Assembly: GCA_965205675.1 (NCBI GenBank)
Contig: OZ242186.1
Span: 1,408,001 to 1,472,000, forward strand
Source: Nitrosopumilus sp.
Lineage (GTDB): Archaea; Thermoproteota; Nitrososphaeria; Nitrososphaerales; Nitrosopumilaceae
Direction of reading: 5' to 3'
Length of the DNA stretch: 64,000 nt
Below, piece after piece: positions 10,994-21,337 of this stretch (positions are counted from its first letter, which is position 1; each line of letters opens with the position of its first letter). The notes under the pieces are model-generated. The model was not told the DNA's origin and made no database searches. It saw only the letters and a list, made by a program, of their open reading frames with translations. Position numbers and translations under genes: made by a program.

Positions 10994-11194
10994 TTGCTTT
11001 CTAATACAATAAGTGACAGAATTGTAAACAAATTAAAAGAAATTGTAACAGATGAAAATGAACTAAAGATGATACTTGATCTTCTGGAACGTGAGGATAG
11101 TTATTATTCAAACCAAGATTTTGCAAAAATTAAGAAAGACTATCAATACATGATGGATCAATATTTTCCATTCAAGGAATCACAAAATGAGTGA
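10994..11194 (+). CDS. Small protein coupled to the CxC SMC-like ATPase (PbeB-like by position)
   Basis: 66-aa helical acidic ORF overlapping the ATPase start by 8 bp. Confidence 0.6.
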   Translation: MLSNTISDRIVNKLKEIVTDENELKMILDLLEREDSYYSNQDFAKIKKDYQYMMDQYFPFKESQNE

Positions 11195-13457
11195 TGAAAT
11201 TAGAATAAAGTCAGTGGAATTAGAAAATTATCGTCAATATTATGGCAAACAAAAAATTGAATTTTCGGACAGAAGTGAAGGGTTTACAATCATTTTTGGC
11301 CGGAATGGTGAGGGTAAATCAAATCTTCTCAATGCAATAAGCTGGTGTCTTTATCAGGAAGAACCTCACAGTTTGAAATCAAATAATTTTGTAAGTGATG
11401 ATAATCATTCTTTATCCATAATGAACAATAAATACATTACAGAATTGCCAGAGGAGAAAACAGGTACAACTAGTGTCAAGATCTGGCTTGCGAAGGGAGA
11501 TGATATGTATAGTATTTCACGTGTACTTAGCGTACTCAAACACAAATTACAATACAAAGAATTGCCAAATGGTAAAAAATCATTACAGATAGCCGAATTT
11601 GCGGATGACAAGGTTCCAAGTGGATGTGAGATAATGGATACAAACAGTTTTGTAATAGAAGAAAAAAAGAAAGGTGAGCCTGATTTTCATGATACAGTAA
11701 ATGAAATGAAGCCCGATGTACTGATGAAAAAGATACTTCCAAAGGAGTTATCTAAATATTTTCTGTTGGATGGTGAATTCTTAGAAACGTTTTGGGAAGA
11801 TTCATCAACTGTTCAAACTGGTATCGAACAGATTTCACAACTGCATTTGTTAAGCAAACTCGAAAACCATGTAGATAGAATGACCATACCTCCAGCAATT
11901 GGTACTGGTAATGATAGTAGATTAGCAACAGAAATAGCCAATACAAAAAGACAGATTGAGTCAAAAGATGAAAATGGTGATGAAAAATTCAGTGAGGTTT
12001 TGAGGTGGAAATTGAGTGAAAACGATGATGACAAATATTATCATTCATCTGGTGAGATTAAAATCAAAGATATTGAGGAAGACATAACCAAAATTAAGAG
12101 TAGGATAGAAGTGATTGTAAACGAATTGCCCGGAACAGGTGGCAATCTAGATTCTCTTAAAGAAGCACGAGAGAGAATAGAGGAGGAAAAGATCACAGCA
12201 CTAGAAACACAAAAAAGAATAGGCAAAAATTATCTCTACAACCTAATAACAAAAAGTCCGTACATATTTCTAAAAGAAGTAATTGATGAAAGCGTTAAAA
12301 TTATTGAGGACAAACAGAAATTAGGACAACTTCCAGTGCGTCAGAAAAAACAATTTGCTGAAGATCTCCTCCAAAGAGGAACATGTTTGTGTGGTGAGAA
12401 TCTGAATTCAGATGATGAAGACACAATCAATCGCAGAAAACGTATTGAAGAATTTAAGAAAATTCTTACGAGTAAAGTGGATTTAGATGCTGCAGTAGAT
12501 ATGAGATATAATTTTAAACATGATTTTATTGATCAGTATGAATCTTTTGTGAAAAAAAATTTTGATGATTTACGAATTGAATTTGAGAAAATAAATGATG
12601 AATGTACAGAACTAGATGAGAAACATGAAGAGCTAATTGCAAAACTAGGTGCTGCTGGAGGGGACAATGCAACAAAACTTTTGAACGAACGAAAAGAACT
12701 CAATGCCCATCTTATAAGTAAACAAACAATGTTAGAGCATGAAAAATATAACGTACGTCGGCTCAAGAAAGAATTAGGTGAGAAAAAACATCAATTTGAC
12801 AAAGAATCTAAAAAAAATAAAAAGTATCAAAGAACAACTCACGGCATCCAAAAGTGGAATAATATTTTGTCCCATATATCACAAGCATATTCTGAATTAA
12901 AAGAAGAAATACGAGAAGATATTCAAGAAAAAACATGGACTAGATTTAACGAGTTAGTATCAGATAATGAAATATTCAAATCATTTACAATTCACTCAGA
13001 TTATTCGGTTTATTTATTGGATTCAACTGACTCTAATCAAATTCGCGATATATCTGCAGGTCAGAGACTGATACTCACACTTGCTTTTGTGACAACACTG
13101 CGTGAGCCTACAGGATACAAATTCCCACTAATCATGGATTCTCCGCTAGGAAAAGTAGATAATCCAAATAGATACAATATTGCACAACATCTAAAAGAAT
13201 ATTTTCCTAATGAACAACTGACCTTACTGGTAACTGATTCAGAATATATCAATAACTTACAACCTGACAAGGATCATAAAGATATCCCAATAACTCCATT
13301 TGCAGATATTTTACAAGGAACGAATGTTGGATTGAAGCATTTCAAAATAACAAAAGAAAAATCAATGCATAGTGATAATGTAGGAAACTCTGTGATAAAA
13401 CCTGCAGAACTGGTAAAGGATGAGAAATTACAAAGATGGGAGATTACTAATGTCTGA
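11187..13457 (+). CDS. pbeC: SMC/Rad50-like ABC ATPase with CxC hook (PbeC-like, DndD paralogue)
   Basis: Walker A GRNGEGKS, FLLDGE, long coiled coil with CLCG, signature ISAGQ, Walker B IMDSPLG, TDSE. Confidence 0.8.
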   Translation: MSDEIRIKSVELENYRQYYGKQKIEFSDRSEGFTIIFGRNGEGKSNLLNAISWCLYQEEPHSLKSNNFVSDDNHSLSIMNNKYITELPEEKTGTTSVKIWLAKGDDMYSISRVLSVLKHKLQYKELPNGKKSLQIAEFADDKVPSGCEIMDTNSFVIEEKKKGEPDFHDTVNEMKPDVLMKKILPKELSKYFLLDGEFLETFWEDSSTVQTGIEQISQLHLLSKLENHVDRMTIPPAIGTGNDSRLATEIANTKRQIESKDENGDEKFSEVLRWKLSENDDDKYYHSSGEIKIKDIEEDITKIKSRIEVIVNELPGTGGNLDSLKEARERIEEEKITALETQKRIGKNYLYNLITKSPYIFLKEVIDESVKIIEDKQKLGQLPVRQKKQFAEDLLQRGTCLCGENLNSDDEDTINRRKRIEEFKKILTSKVDLDAAVDMRYNFKHDFIDQYESFVKKNFDDLRIEFEKINDECTELDEKHEELIAKLGAAGGDNATKLLNERKELNAHLISKQTMLEHEKYNVRRLKKELGEKKHQFDKESKKNKKYQRTTHGIQKWNNILSHISQAYSELKEEIREDIQEKTWTRFNELVSDNEIFKSFTIHSDYSVYLLDSTDSNQIRDISAGQRLILTLAFVTTLREPTGYKFPLIMDSPLGKVDNPNRYNIAQHLKEYFPNEQLTLLVTDSEYINNLQPDKDHKDIPITPFADILQGTNVGLKHFKITKEKSMHSDNVGNSVIKPAELVKDEKLQRWEITNV

Positions 13458-13932
13458 TTTTGATATTAATTTTACTCCTTGGATAAACTATGGTAGGGGA
13501 GACGAAGAAAATAAAATTGGTGAAAAGATGGATGAATTACTTAATCAATCATGGTCTCCATTTAATGGATGTACCGCAGCACAAGTCTTTGTTTTCTGCA
13601 TGTCCTATGCAGTTGCTAAGGGACGAAATCTTGTCAAGCCTCCAGGCAGTAAAGGTTCAATGCCAGCATCTGCATTTAATGCAGATATGAGGGATTTGAT
13701 GAAAGCAGTTGCAATTGTACATGCAAAAGAACTTGAAATAATCACAAAACCAAAAGAAGTGGTTAGAATCGCAGAAGGATACTCATATGCAAGTTTTAAC
13801 GAAGTGTATGAAAAAATAGTCAAAATTAATTCTAAAAATTACGGTGACAAGACAAAAAAATCAAATGCTATATCTGGTTCAGATATCTTAGATTTAATTC
13901 TTCAAGAGGTTACATCCAAGAACAGTATCTAG
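13450..13932 (+). CDS. DndE-like/dnd-associated protein following the ATPase (PbeD-like by position)
   Basis: Overlaps the ATPase stop; FVFCMSYA and RIAEGYSYASF resemble dnd-associated protein 4 motifs. Confidence 0.6.
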   Translation: MSDFDINFTPWINYGRGDEENKIGEKMDELLNQSWSPFNGCTAAQVFVFCMSYAVAKGRNLVKPPGSKGSMPASAFNADMRDLMKAVAIVHAKELEIITKPKEVVRIAEGYSYASFNEVYEKIVKINSKNYGDKTKKSNAISGSDILDLILQEVTSKNSI

Positions 13933-16154
13933 ACCATGTTGCTGATATAGTCATAACTCAGTGCATCCAAATCAATTGCAAATATCTTGGCAATCTCTTT
14001 GATGCTTTGAATTGCTTCATTTTGATTTACAGATATCTGTGCAAATTCTTTATGTCGTAACAGTTCCTTTGCAATCAATTTTCTCTGAAGTAAACTATAT
14101 TCTACATCTTCAAGTTGTATGTTTGGTGGAGTAACCAAAATATCATAGATATATGCAATATCTTTGCTTGTGGCATCGTTTTTACGTAAAATTCTTCCTC
14201 TACGCTGAATAAACTGCTTTGGATTTCCAGAACTTGCCATAAAGATGCCTGTATGCACATGTGGCACATCTACCCCTTCATCAAGACATTTTATTGCAGT
14301 CACGCAATCCAGATGACCTGTTTTAAGATTATCTAGGATATCCAATCGCTCACGAGTTTTATCTTCCCATGTTACAGAATCACTAGTTATTCCCTTATTG
14401 ACTAGAATTTCTTGTACACGCTCAAGCTGTTTTTTTGGATTATCTGATATAGGCAGGTTATTGGTGCAATAGATTAGCGTATGATCTAATTTATTGTTAA
14501 ATTCAAAGTCTAATAATTCAATTAATTTTTGATCCTTGTTTTCTGCATTGGCAACAACATCTGCACGCCTTAAATATGGATTGAATTTATCTAAATCTAT
14601 CTTTATACCGCGTTTCTTTTTTTCTTCAATTTGTGCAATCTTTGCAGTTAGGTTTTTGTATTCGTCCATCTCATTTGGTGTCAATTCTACATATGAAGGA
14701 AAATATTTGTAGGGGCAGAGAATCTTTGCATCTATTGCTTTTTTGAGATCCAAAGTATAAACAATTCCATGAAAATAATCCTTCAGAATAGATGTCCCTT
14801 TTTCATCCATGTGTCTTGTAGGCGTTGCACTGAGACCCAATCTAAAATCAAACTCTTCAAGCAATGTCTTGAGGGATGCTTCTGCCGTAATGTTGTGGAC
14901 CTCATCAACAATGAGAGTTTTTTTCACATTTTTGATCCCAGTTATCTTTTCAGTAAAGAGAGATTTTGTCAATGTTGCATGTGTTGTGAATATCACCATG
15001 TGGTTTTTGGGATATGTCTTGGAAGCAAGTAACGGTCGTTGAAAATTAGAAGTCTCTTTTTGGATTTTTTCCTTCCATCCAGTATAATCACTATGACAGA
15101 TAATTTTAGATTCAAGTGCTATTTTGTTTGATTCACCAACTCCTTTGTTCCAAGCATCTATTGTATTCTTCCATTGTTCGACAAGATGTTTTAGAGGACA
15201 TGCAATGACTGTAACTGTTCGATTATGTGATTTTTGGATTTGACTGATGCATCCAAATGCAGTAAATGTCTTGCCCGTACCCGTCGCCATTTCCAAAAGC
15301 CCTCTGGAGTCATTTTCAATCCATTTGTTTATTGCGTCATGCTGGTGTTCTCTTAACTGTATCGAGTCCGTAGATATCATCTGAGACAAATCATCTGTAT
15401 CGTGTTTTGGTATTATCCGCTTGATTTTTTCTATGGTTGATTGCAGTTCCTCCTCGGATCTAGGACGTATCTCCAAGAGACGTTGTTTTACAGCAGAAGG
15501 CAGATCAAATATTTGGATTTTTTCATCATTATTGCTCCACAAATCATTGAAATTTCTTTGATTGTCCATGATTCCTTGATTATTCGTATCGTTTGACATC
15601 CAGCTGCAAAATACAGTTAGATTCTCGATGTTCTCAGCCCATCCTTTCCATGTCTCATTTACAGAACCTGCAAATGCAATTTTTTCTCCGTTATTATAAT
15701 GAAAGATTCCAATCTTTTGATGAAATATCCCCCCACCACTTTTTGGAATGGCTATCTTGATTTCTAACTGGGGTTTTCCGTCAATAGTGTTTGCAAGCAT
15801 GTATCCTACCAGTTTGAAGAATTCCATCTTGATACTGTCAGGTTCATTTCTTAATTCTTCCAGAAAATTATCTTTAAGAATTGTTTCCTTGTCCGTCACA
15901 CTATGTTCTAATATCTCTTTGTCTTTTGATGATAGTTGTGGACTGGTGATAAGCTGAATTTTTCCATCTGATTGTATAAAGTCAAGAATCTCATTTGCCA
16001 CATTTGAGAAGGTTGTAGATGAGAAATATCCTGACAGTCTTTGATATAGTTTACAATTTACAAGTCCTGGCCTGTAAAAATCATTTATGATGTCATCTTT
16101 TGAGGAATTCCAAGTTAGTTGGGGGTTAAAATCATGCTCCAAACTTTCACTCAT
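13929..16154 (-). CDS. pbeA: PLD-nuclease plus SF2 helicase, phosphorothioation-associated (PbeA-like)
   Basis: N-terminal FY.P..GYFSS and FHQKIGIF..GSVNET (PLD); MATGTGKT, DEVH, GLSATP, LDEGVDVP, QFIQRRGRILR. Confidence 0.85.
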   Translation of the reverse strand: MSESLEHDFNPQLTWNSSKDDIINDFYRPGLVNCKLYQRLSGYFSSTTFSNVANEILDFIQSDGKIQLITSPQLSSKDKEILEHSVTDKETILKDNFLEELRNEPDSIKMEFFKLVGYMLANTIDGKPQLEIKIAIPKSGGGIFHQKIGIFHYNNGEKIAFAGSVNETWKGWAENIENLTVFCSWMSNDTNNQGIMDNQRNFNDLWSNNDEKIQIFDLPSAVKQRLLEIRPRSEEELQSTIEKIKRIIPKHDTDDLSQMISTDSIQLREHQHDAINKWIENDSRGLLEMATGTGKTFTAFGCISQIQKSHNRTVTVIACPLKHLVEQWKNTIDAWNKGVGESNKIALESKIICHSDYTGWKEKIQKETSNFQRPLLASKTYPKNHMVIFTTHATLTKSLFTEKITGIKNVKKTLIVDEVHNITAEASLKTLLEEFDFRLGLSATPTRHMDEKGTSILKDYFHGIVYTLDLKKAIDAKILCPYKYFPSYVELTPNEMDEYKNLTAKIAQIEEKKKRGIKIDLDKFNPYLRRADVVANAENKDQKLIELLDFEFNNKLDHTLIYCTNNLPISDNPKKQLERVQEILVNKGITSDSVTWEDKTRERLDILDNLKTGHLDCVTAIKCLDEGVDVPHVHTGIFMASSGNPKQFIQRRGRILRKNDATSKDIAYIYDILVTPPNIQLEDVEYSLLQRKLIAKELLRHKEFAQISVNQNEAIQSIKEIAKIFAIDLDALSYDYISNMV

Positions 16155-16254
16155 GAATGTCTCAGACTATTCCAATATTTTAGTATGAGTGACACCAGTT
16201 ACGTCTGTTCAGATTTAATCTGATCTTTATCGTATAAAACATTCCAGAAGATAA

Positions 16255-17390
16255 AACTTTGTTTCCTAATTATTCATTCTAGGCTCAAAATACAACCGAA
16301 AAAGATTTGGATCTGAAAAGTCAGATCTATCATGTGTCTGAGAAAAAGTACGATGATAGAAAGTACATCTCACGTGGAAAGTTCTATGTGTTGCATCTTG
16401 ATAATACAATAATGTCTGAAGGTGTAAAACAACTAAATGACAACAAGGTTGGAGCACCGTTTGTCTATTCCAATACATGCTTTATGGTGATGGCACTATT
16501 CCGAAACACCGTTGGTACTGCATACAGACAGCTACAGGGAATAGTTGAGGAGATTTTAGGAGAAGAGAATTCTCCAAAATTCCCTGCCATTTACAAGAGA
16601 ATTAACAAAATAAGTTTGAAGGGAGAGTGATACAAGTTGGTTCTCTGATGGTAAGACAAAGACTGAGATTATGTTTTTGTCTGGTGACTCCACTGGTCTC
16701 AAACCAACAAGCCGTGGTGACTGGATGGGACAAAAATGGGATGTAAAGCGCGGATTCATCAAGATGCATATCATGGTAGATAGTGACACCAAGAAAATCT
16801 ATGCAGTATCCATCACTGATGAGAAATCAGGTGACGCCCTAGAATTCAAAAAGTTACTTGATGAGGCACTACAAAACATTGAGAATTCTCCTAATGTAAC
16901 ATCATCTGAGAAATTACATGTTGGATGCGATGGTGCATATGATTCCAATGATAATTTTGATGAATGTGAAAAGAGAAATGCAATTCCAATTATTCCAATA
17001 AGAAAGAATTTCTCAGGTAAGGCAAAGGGCAGTACTGCAAGAAAGAAGCAAGGTTTCATGCAGCTTGGCAATTGTAAAATGAATCGTAAAAATGTGAAAA
17101 TGTTTAATCATTTAACAAATGAGCAAAAGATACAGAATAGAAACAAATGGAAAATTAGAGTTGGTTATGGAAGACGCCAGTCTGCAGAGATTGCAATTTC
17201 CACATTCAAGAGAGTTCTTGGAGAGAATATTTCAGCCAGAGTTTGGTGTAACGTGATAAGGGAGATAAAACTCAAGGTCATGATTTACAATTTGATGATT
17301 GATGATGCATTAGCACAGGAGATGAATCAGAATTAGATGTTTGATTTGTTTTGAGAATGAAAGTGTTAAGCAGAATTGGGAAACAAAGTT
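16255..17390 (+). mobile_element. IS5-family (IS903-like) element, transposase split
   Basis: IRs AACTTTGTTTCC(T/C)AATT and 8-bp target duplication GAAGATAA. ORFs 16307..16630 and 16671..17336 (DSTGLK, DGAYD, RQSAEIAIS). Confidence 0.9.
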
Positions 17391-17632
17391 GAAGATAATA
17401 AAACAATCTGCTCAGAATAACTGCAATATTGCATATTTGACTTTGATGCTCAAAAATATAGACCATTCCAAAACGCAAATTCAAACTGAGATTAAAAAAT
17501 ACAAAAGAAACAAGAAAAAAATAAATGTTATTTATTGTGTTCCAAATTTTGCATATCTGCATTATCTGATTCATCTACATAGATTACTTGATGTCGAGCT
17601 CTACGTCTAGTAGAAAAGATTAGATACATTAT

Positions 17633-18817
17633 TCATAATTTTTCAGCATACATATCCATCAATAATTTTATACAAGAACTGATTTCATTCGTAGCAATTT
17701 TAATCTCATCGTCTGTAGTAAATCTTCCACATCCAATTCGTATGGAAGAATGCGCCTGTATCTCATTCAATCCCAAAGCTAGCAAAACGTGTGATGGCTC
17801 TACTGTCTGTGTGGTACATGCAGAGCCTGCTGAAATTGCCAGCTTCTTTGAGACTGAATTAATTATTGACTTGCCATCTATCCCATCAAATCTCACATTG
17901 AGATTATGTGCTAGTCTGTTTTTGGGATGGCCGTTAAGCTTTGCACCTACCTTTGACAGTTCCTCAAGCATATACGCAATCCATTTTTTGTATCTCTTAT
18001 TTTCATCTTCCATCACTTCTTGTGCAATCTCTACGGCCTTGCCAAACCCGACAATTCCTGGAACATTCAAAGTTCCAGAGCGGATGTTTCTCTCCTGTCT
18101 GCCGCCATGTATGATAGAATTTATCTTTACACGTGGCAATAACCCTCGAATGTACAATACACCAATTCCTTTTGGTCCGTATATTTTATGTGCAGACATT
18201 GACATTAGATCAATGTCCATTTTTTTAACGTCAATTGGAATGTGACTCAATGCCTGTGCTGCATCTGTATGAAATAACACGTCATGTTCGTGTGCAATTT
18301 TTCCAATCTCTGCAACATTCTGTATTGTTCCAATCTCGTTGTTTGCAAACATTACTGATATCAGTACCGTCTCATCAGTGATTGCAGACTTTAGTTCATC
18401 AAGAGAGATCAAACCAGACTCATCTACAGAAAGATATGTGACCCTACATCCATTATTTTCCAAATGTCGTGCAGTATCAAGTACTGCTTTGTGTTCTGTG
18501 ACGCATGTAATGAGATGATTCCCCTTGTTCTTGTTTTTCTCCATCACTCCAATCAGTGCAAGATTATCCGATTCTGTGGCACCTGATGTAAAAATAATCT
18601 CATCAGTATTTGCCCCTATTGCATTTGCAATTTTTTCTCGTGCCACAGATACTGCAACTGATGCATCATATCCAAAGGAATGATCCAGACTGGATGCATT
18701 GCCAAAACATCCTGTAAAATATGGCCTCATCTCCTCAAAAACACGTGGATCTACAGGTGTGGTAGCATGAGAATCAAGATAAATTGGGAATTTTATCTCA
18801 GACATTTCGCTCTTCAT
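17633..18817 (-). CDS. dndA: Cysteine desulfurase of the PT system (DndA/IscS-like)
   Basis: YLDSHATTP, HTDAAQ, SAHKIYGPKG (PLP lysine), SAGSAC; overlaps dndE. Confidence 0.9.
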   Translation of the reverse strand: MKSEMSEIKFPIYLDSHATTPVDPRVFEEMRPYFTGCFGNASSLDHSFGYDASVAVSVAREKIANAIGANTDEIIFTSGATESDNLALIGVMEKNKNKGNHLITCVTEHKAVLDTARHLENNGCRVTYLSVDESGLISLDELKSAITDETVLISVMFANNEIGTIQNVAEIGKIAHEHDVLFHTDAAQALSHIPIDVKKMDIDLMSMSAHKIYGPKGIGVLYIRGLLPRVKINSIIHGGRQERNIRSGTLNVPGIVGFGKAVEIAQEVMEDENKRYKKWIAYMLEELSKVGAKLNGHPKNRLAHNLNVRFDGIDGKSIINSVSKKLAISAGSACTTQTVEPSHVLLALGLNEIQAHSSIRIGCGRFTTDDEIKIATNEISSCIKLLMDMYAEKL

Positions 18818-19169
18818 TGACTAGTTCGTAAAAATCACTCAAATCCTCAATTCTAGTATTCAAAGTAATGACTCCTCGGTTCAAATGACATCTGGTCATT
18901 TCTGCTAATTCTGAGTCATCTAGATTGTCTTTTTTCAAACGATTTCTCATCAATCCAAGGTAAATTTGCTCATATTCCCCAAACAAAACAGTGGGCTCTA
19001 ACAACGAACCATCTTTGTCATATTCAGCAGGATTTGGTACAGAGTTTTCTTTAATTGATAGACAAATAGCAAATCTTGCCAAAAGATTTGGAGTAAGACC
19101 TGTTCTGGCTTTTAATCGACCAAGAAGGACTTGGCTTTTTGTACTAGTTACTACATTAGAGAACTTCAA
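18798..19169 (-). CDS. dndE: DNA sulfur modification protein DndE
   Basis: RLKARTGLTPNLLARFAICLS, LFGEYE and HLNRG motifs; operon position. Confidence 0.93.
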   Translation of the reverse strand: MKFSNVVTSTKSQVLLGRLKARTGLTPNLLARFAICLSIKENSVPNPAEYDKDGSLLEPTVLFGEYEQIYLGLMRNRLKKDNLDDSELAEMTRCHLNRGVITLNTRIEDLSDFYELVNEERNV

Positions 19170-21333
19170 CTGTCATCTCCTCTTTTTTATCAAAGAAATA
19201 TCCTAGTTGGATTTGTGTTTTTCCCTTAGAGTCATCAAATTCCAATACATAGGATTTAGAAATTGAAGGTAGTAATTTTTTGTAATAATCAGAATTGATT
19301 TCAGAGTCTGTTGATAGAATGATTGTTTGTTGCGAGGTTTTAGGGAAAAATGATTCTATCAGGTTTTCTCTGTGTTCCACATCTAATCTTGCTAGCGGCG
19401 TATCTATCATAAATGGCAATGATCGTCCTGATGTTTGAGCCAATGCCCAAACTAGAGCTGTTGCATAAATTTGAAGCTCCCCTTTGGATAGCATGTCCTT
19501 TGTAATCTCATCATCATTGGAATCCAATAGCATTACTTCAAATGTATCATGATTAATTGAAACTTTATCAATAAAATCTTCCTTGTGTAACAGCAAATCG
19601 AGTCCTTTTAGAATATTGCCTTCTAATTCAGAAAGTTTCATAGATCTTAATGATTTTGAATATTCATCCAGTACAGACTGCACAACACTGGCCATTTTCT
19701 CACTTTCAGAGAATTTTTCAGATTCCTGTTGTTTGTTCATGCATAAACGAATTTTGAAATTCAAAGATTTCAGCATGGCTTTTCTTTGAAACAAATCAGT
19801 CTCTGATTTGTCTAATTGTTCTTCTAGCCTAGTCTTTGCAGAGGTAATTTTTTGAATTTCCTTCATTAATGGACGAATTTCATCATCGTTAGGCGTAATC
19901 TTGCTCACAAGTTCTATCTTTTCAAGAGCGTTTTTCTTAATTTTATGAGAATTTGATAAATTATAGATTTTTTCAATATTGGGTTTTTTTGCATTTTCAA
20001 TCATATTCAAAAATCGAATCATATCGTTTTGGGTGAAATTAAAAAAGGTTTCAGAATTTGAAGAATTATCCTCAGGTTTGATGATTTTGGAAATTTCCAA
20101 TTGTATAGATTCTTTGATTTCCTTTGGAACTTTAGGTAAAAACGATTTTGAATTAATTGCAGTTGAAATTTTTGATTCGCATCTTTCTAAAATTTCTTGT
20201 TCATATCTTGAATGAATTTTATTTTGATCAGACTCTATTTGTGTTTTGATTTCATCTAGCTGCTCAGGAATTAGACTAAACGGTAATTCAGTAGAACAGA
20301 TATCTCTGATTTCTTTTTCTGTAATTGCAATTTTTGATGTAATGTCACTTTCATTTTTTTCCATCTCTCTATATTTTGAAAAATATTTCCCCCCAACTTT
20401 TTCAAATTTTTCTTCGACCAGACGTAATTGTTTTTGGGATTCTTGGATATTTCCAGTTAACTCTTTGACTTCAAATTCCCCATCTTCTATTTTCTTTTTC
20501 AAGTCTTTTTGTAATTTTAAAAATAATGGTAAATATTCTACAGTCAAATCCTTTATCAACAAATTACCATATGTCTTTAAAAGAGATTCAAAATCAGATT
20601 CATCATATTCCATATCATGATCAATCTTTTCTTGTTTAGGGTTTGTTTTCTTTGAATTTCTATACAACATCAAACTGATGTCTTTTTGGAGTTGATGTAC
20701 AATGTCTAATCCTAACAGAGTATCAAATGAGGATTGAAGGTAGAGATTCTCATTTCCATCATCTGCAATACTCTGGATTTTTTCCCCATCAAAAAAGAAT
20801 AGCTTTGCAATTCCTTTTGGAATTAATTGGTTGATGAATTGCTGCCATTCAGATTTTTCAATTGAATCCAACTCTTCAAATCTACTATCTGTGAATCGAT
20901 TAGTTTTTTTAGGCACTTTCATGTCTAACTCCTGATGTTGATTTGATTCTAAATCCAGTTTTTTAATTGAAAGATCCTCTTGGATTTTGCCCTCATTTTT
21001 TTGCCAAGTTCGAGTCACTTGATACTGCTGAATTTTTCCATCAAATGCAAATTCAAACTCTATAGATATTGATGCATTCTCGGCAGTTTCTTTAGTATCT
21101 TGATTTCGATGAAGTAACCGTAGAATTTTCTCATTGTATTCCCTTTGTCTTATGGAATCATCAGAGTCTTTTCCGTAAAAACACAACATCATTGATTCAA
21201 AAAGAGTTGTTTTTCCTGCACCGTTTGTTCCCCCACATAGAATTACAGTCTTCTCTCCAGATGTGTTAAAATCAAATTCGTTTACTCCCCCATAAACTCC
21301 CAAATCATTGATACAAATTTTTTTGATAATCAT
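19156..21333 (-). CDS. dndD: DNA sulfur modification ATPase DndD
   Basis: GGTNGAGKTT, LFFFDGEKI, LSKGE, MIDTPLARLD..HR, LSTDSEI. Confidence 0.93.
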   Translation of the reverse strand: MIIKKICINDLGVYGGVNEFDFNTSGEKTVILCGGTNGAGKTTLFESMMLCFYGKDSDDSIRQREYNEKILRLLHRNQDTKETAENASISIEFEFAFDGKIQQYQVTRTWQKNEGKIQEDLSIKKLDLESNQHQELDMKVPKKTNRFTDSRFEELDSIEKSEWQQFINQLIPKGIAKLFFFDGEKIQSIADDGNENLYLQSSFDTLLGLDIVHQLQKDISLMLYRNSKKTNPKQEKIDHDMEYDESDFESLLKTYGNLLIKDLTVEYLPLFLKLQKDLKKKIEDGEFEVKELTGNIQESQKQLRLVEEKFEKVGGKYFSKYREMEKNESDITSKIAITEKEIRDICSTELPFSLIPEQLDEIKTQIESDQNKIHSRYEQEILERCESKISTAINSKSFLPKVPKEIKESIQLEISKIIKPEDNSSNSETFFNFTQNDMIRFLNMIENAKKPNIEKIYNLSNSHKIKKNALEKIELVSKITPNDDEIRPLMKEIQKITSAKTRLEEQLDKSETDLFQRKAMLKSLNFKIRLCMNKQQESEKFSESEKMASVVQSVLDEYSKSLRSMKLSELEGNILKGLDLLLHKEDFIDKVSINHDTFEVMLLDSNDDEITKDMLSKGELQIYATALVWALAQTSGRSLPFMIDTPLARLDVEHRENLIESFFPKTSQQTIILSTDSEINSDYYKKLLPSISKSYVLEFDDSKGKTQIQLGYFFDKKEEMTVEVL

Positions 21334-21337
21334 AGAA

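Noticed and set aside
11187-13457. Rad50/SbcC repair ATPase or Wadjet/Lamassu SMC
   Set aside because: No Mre11/SbcD or Jet partners; DndD-like motifs, the CxC hook and the PLD-helicase/dnd context fit a PbeC-type ATPase better
17341-17610. 89-aa plus-strand ORF next to IS5
   Set aside because: Starts inside the IS terminus, low complexity, opposite to the operon direction
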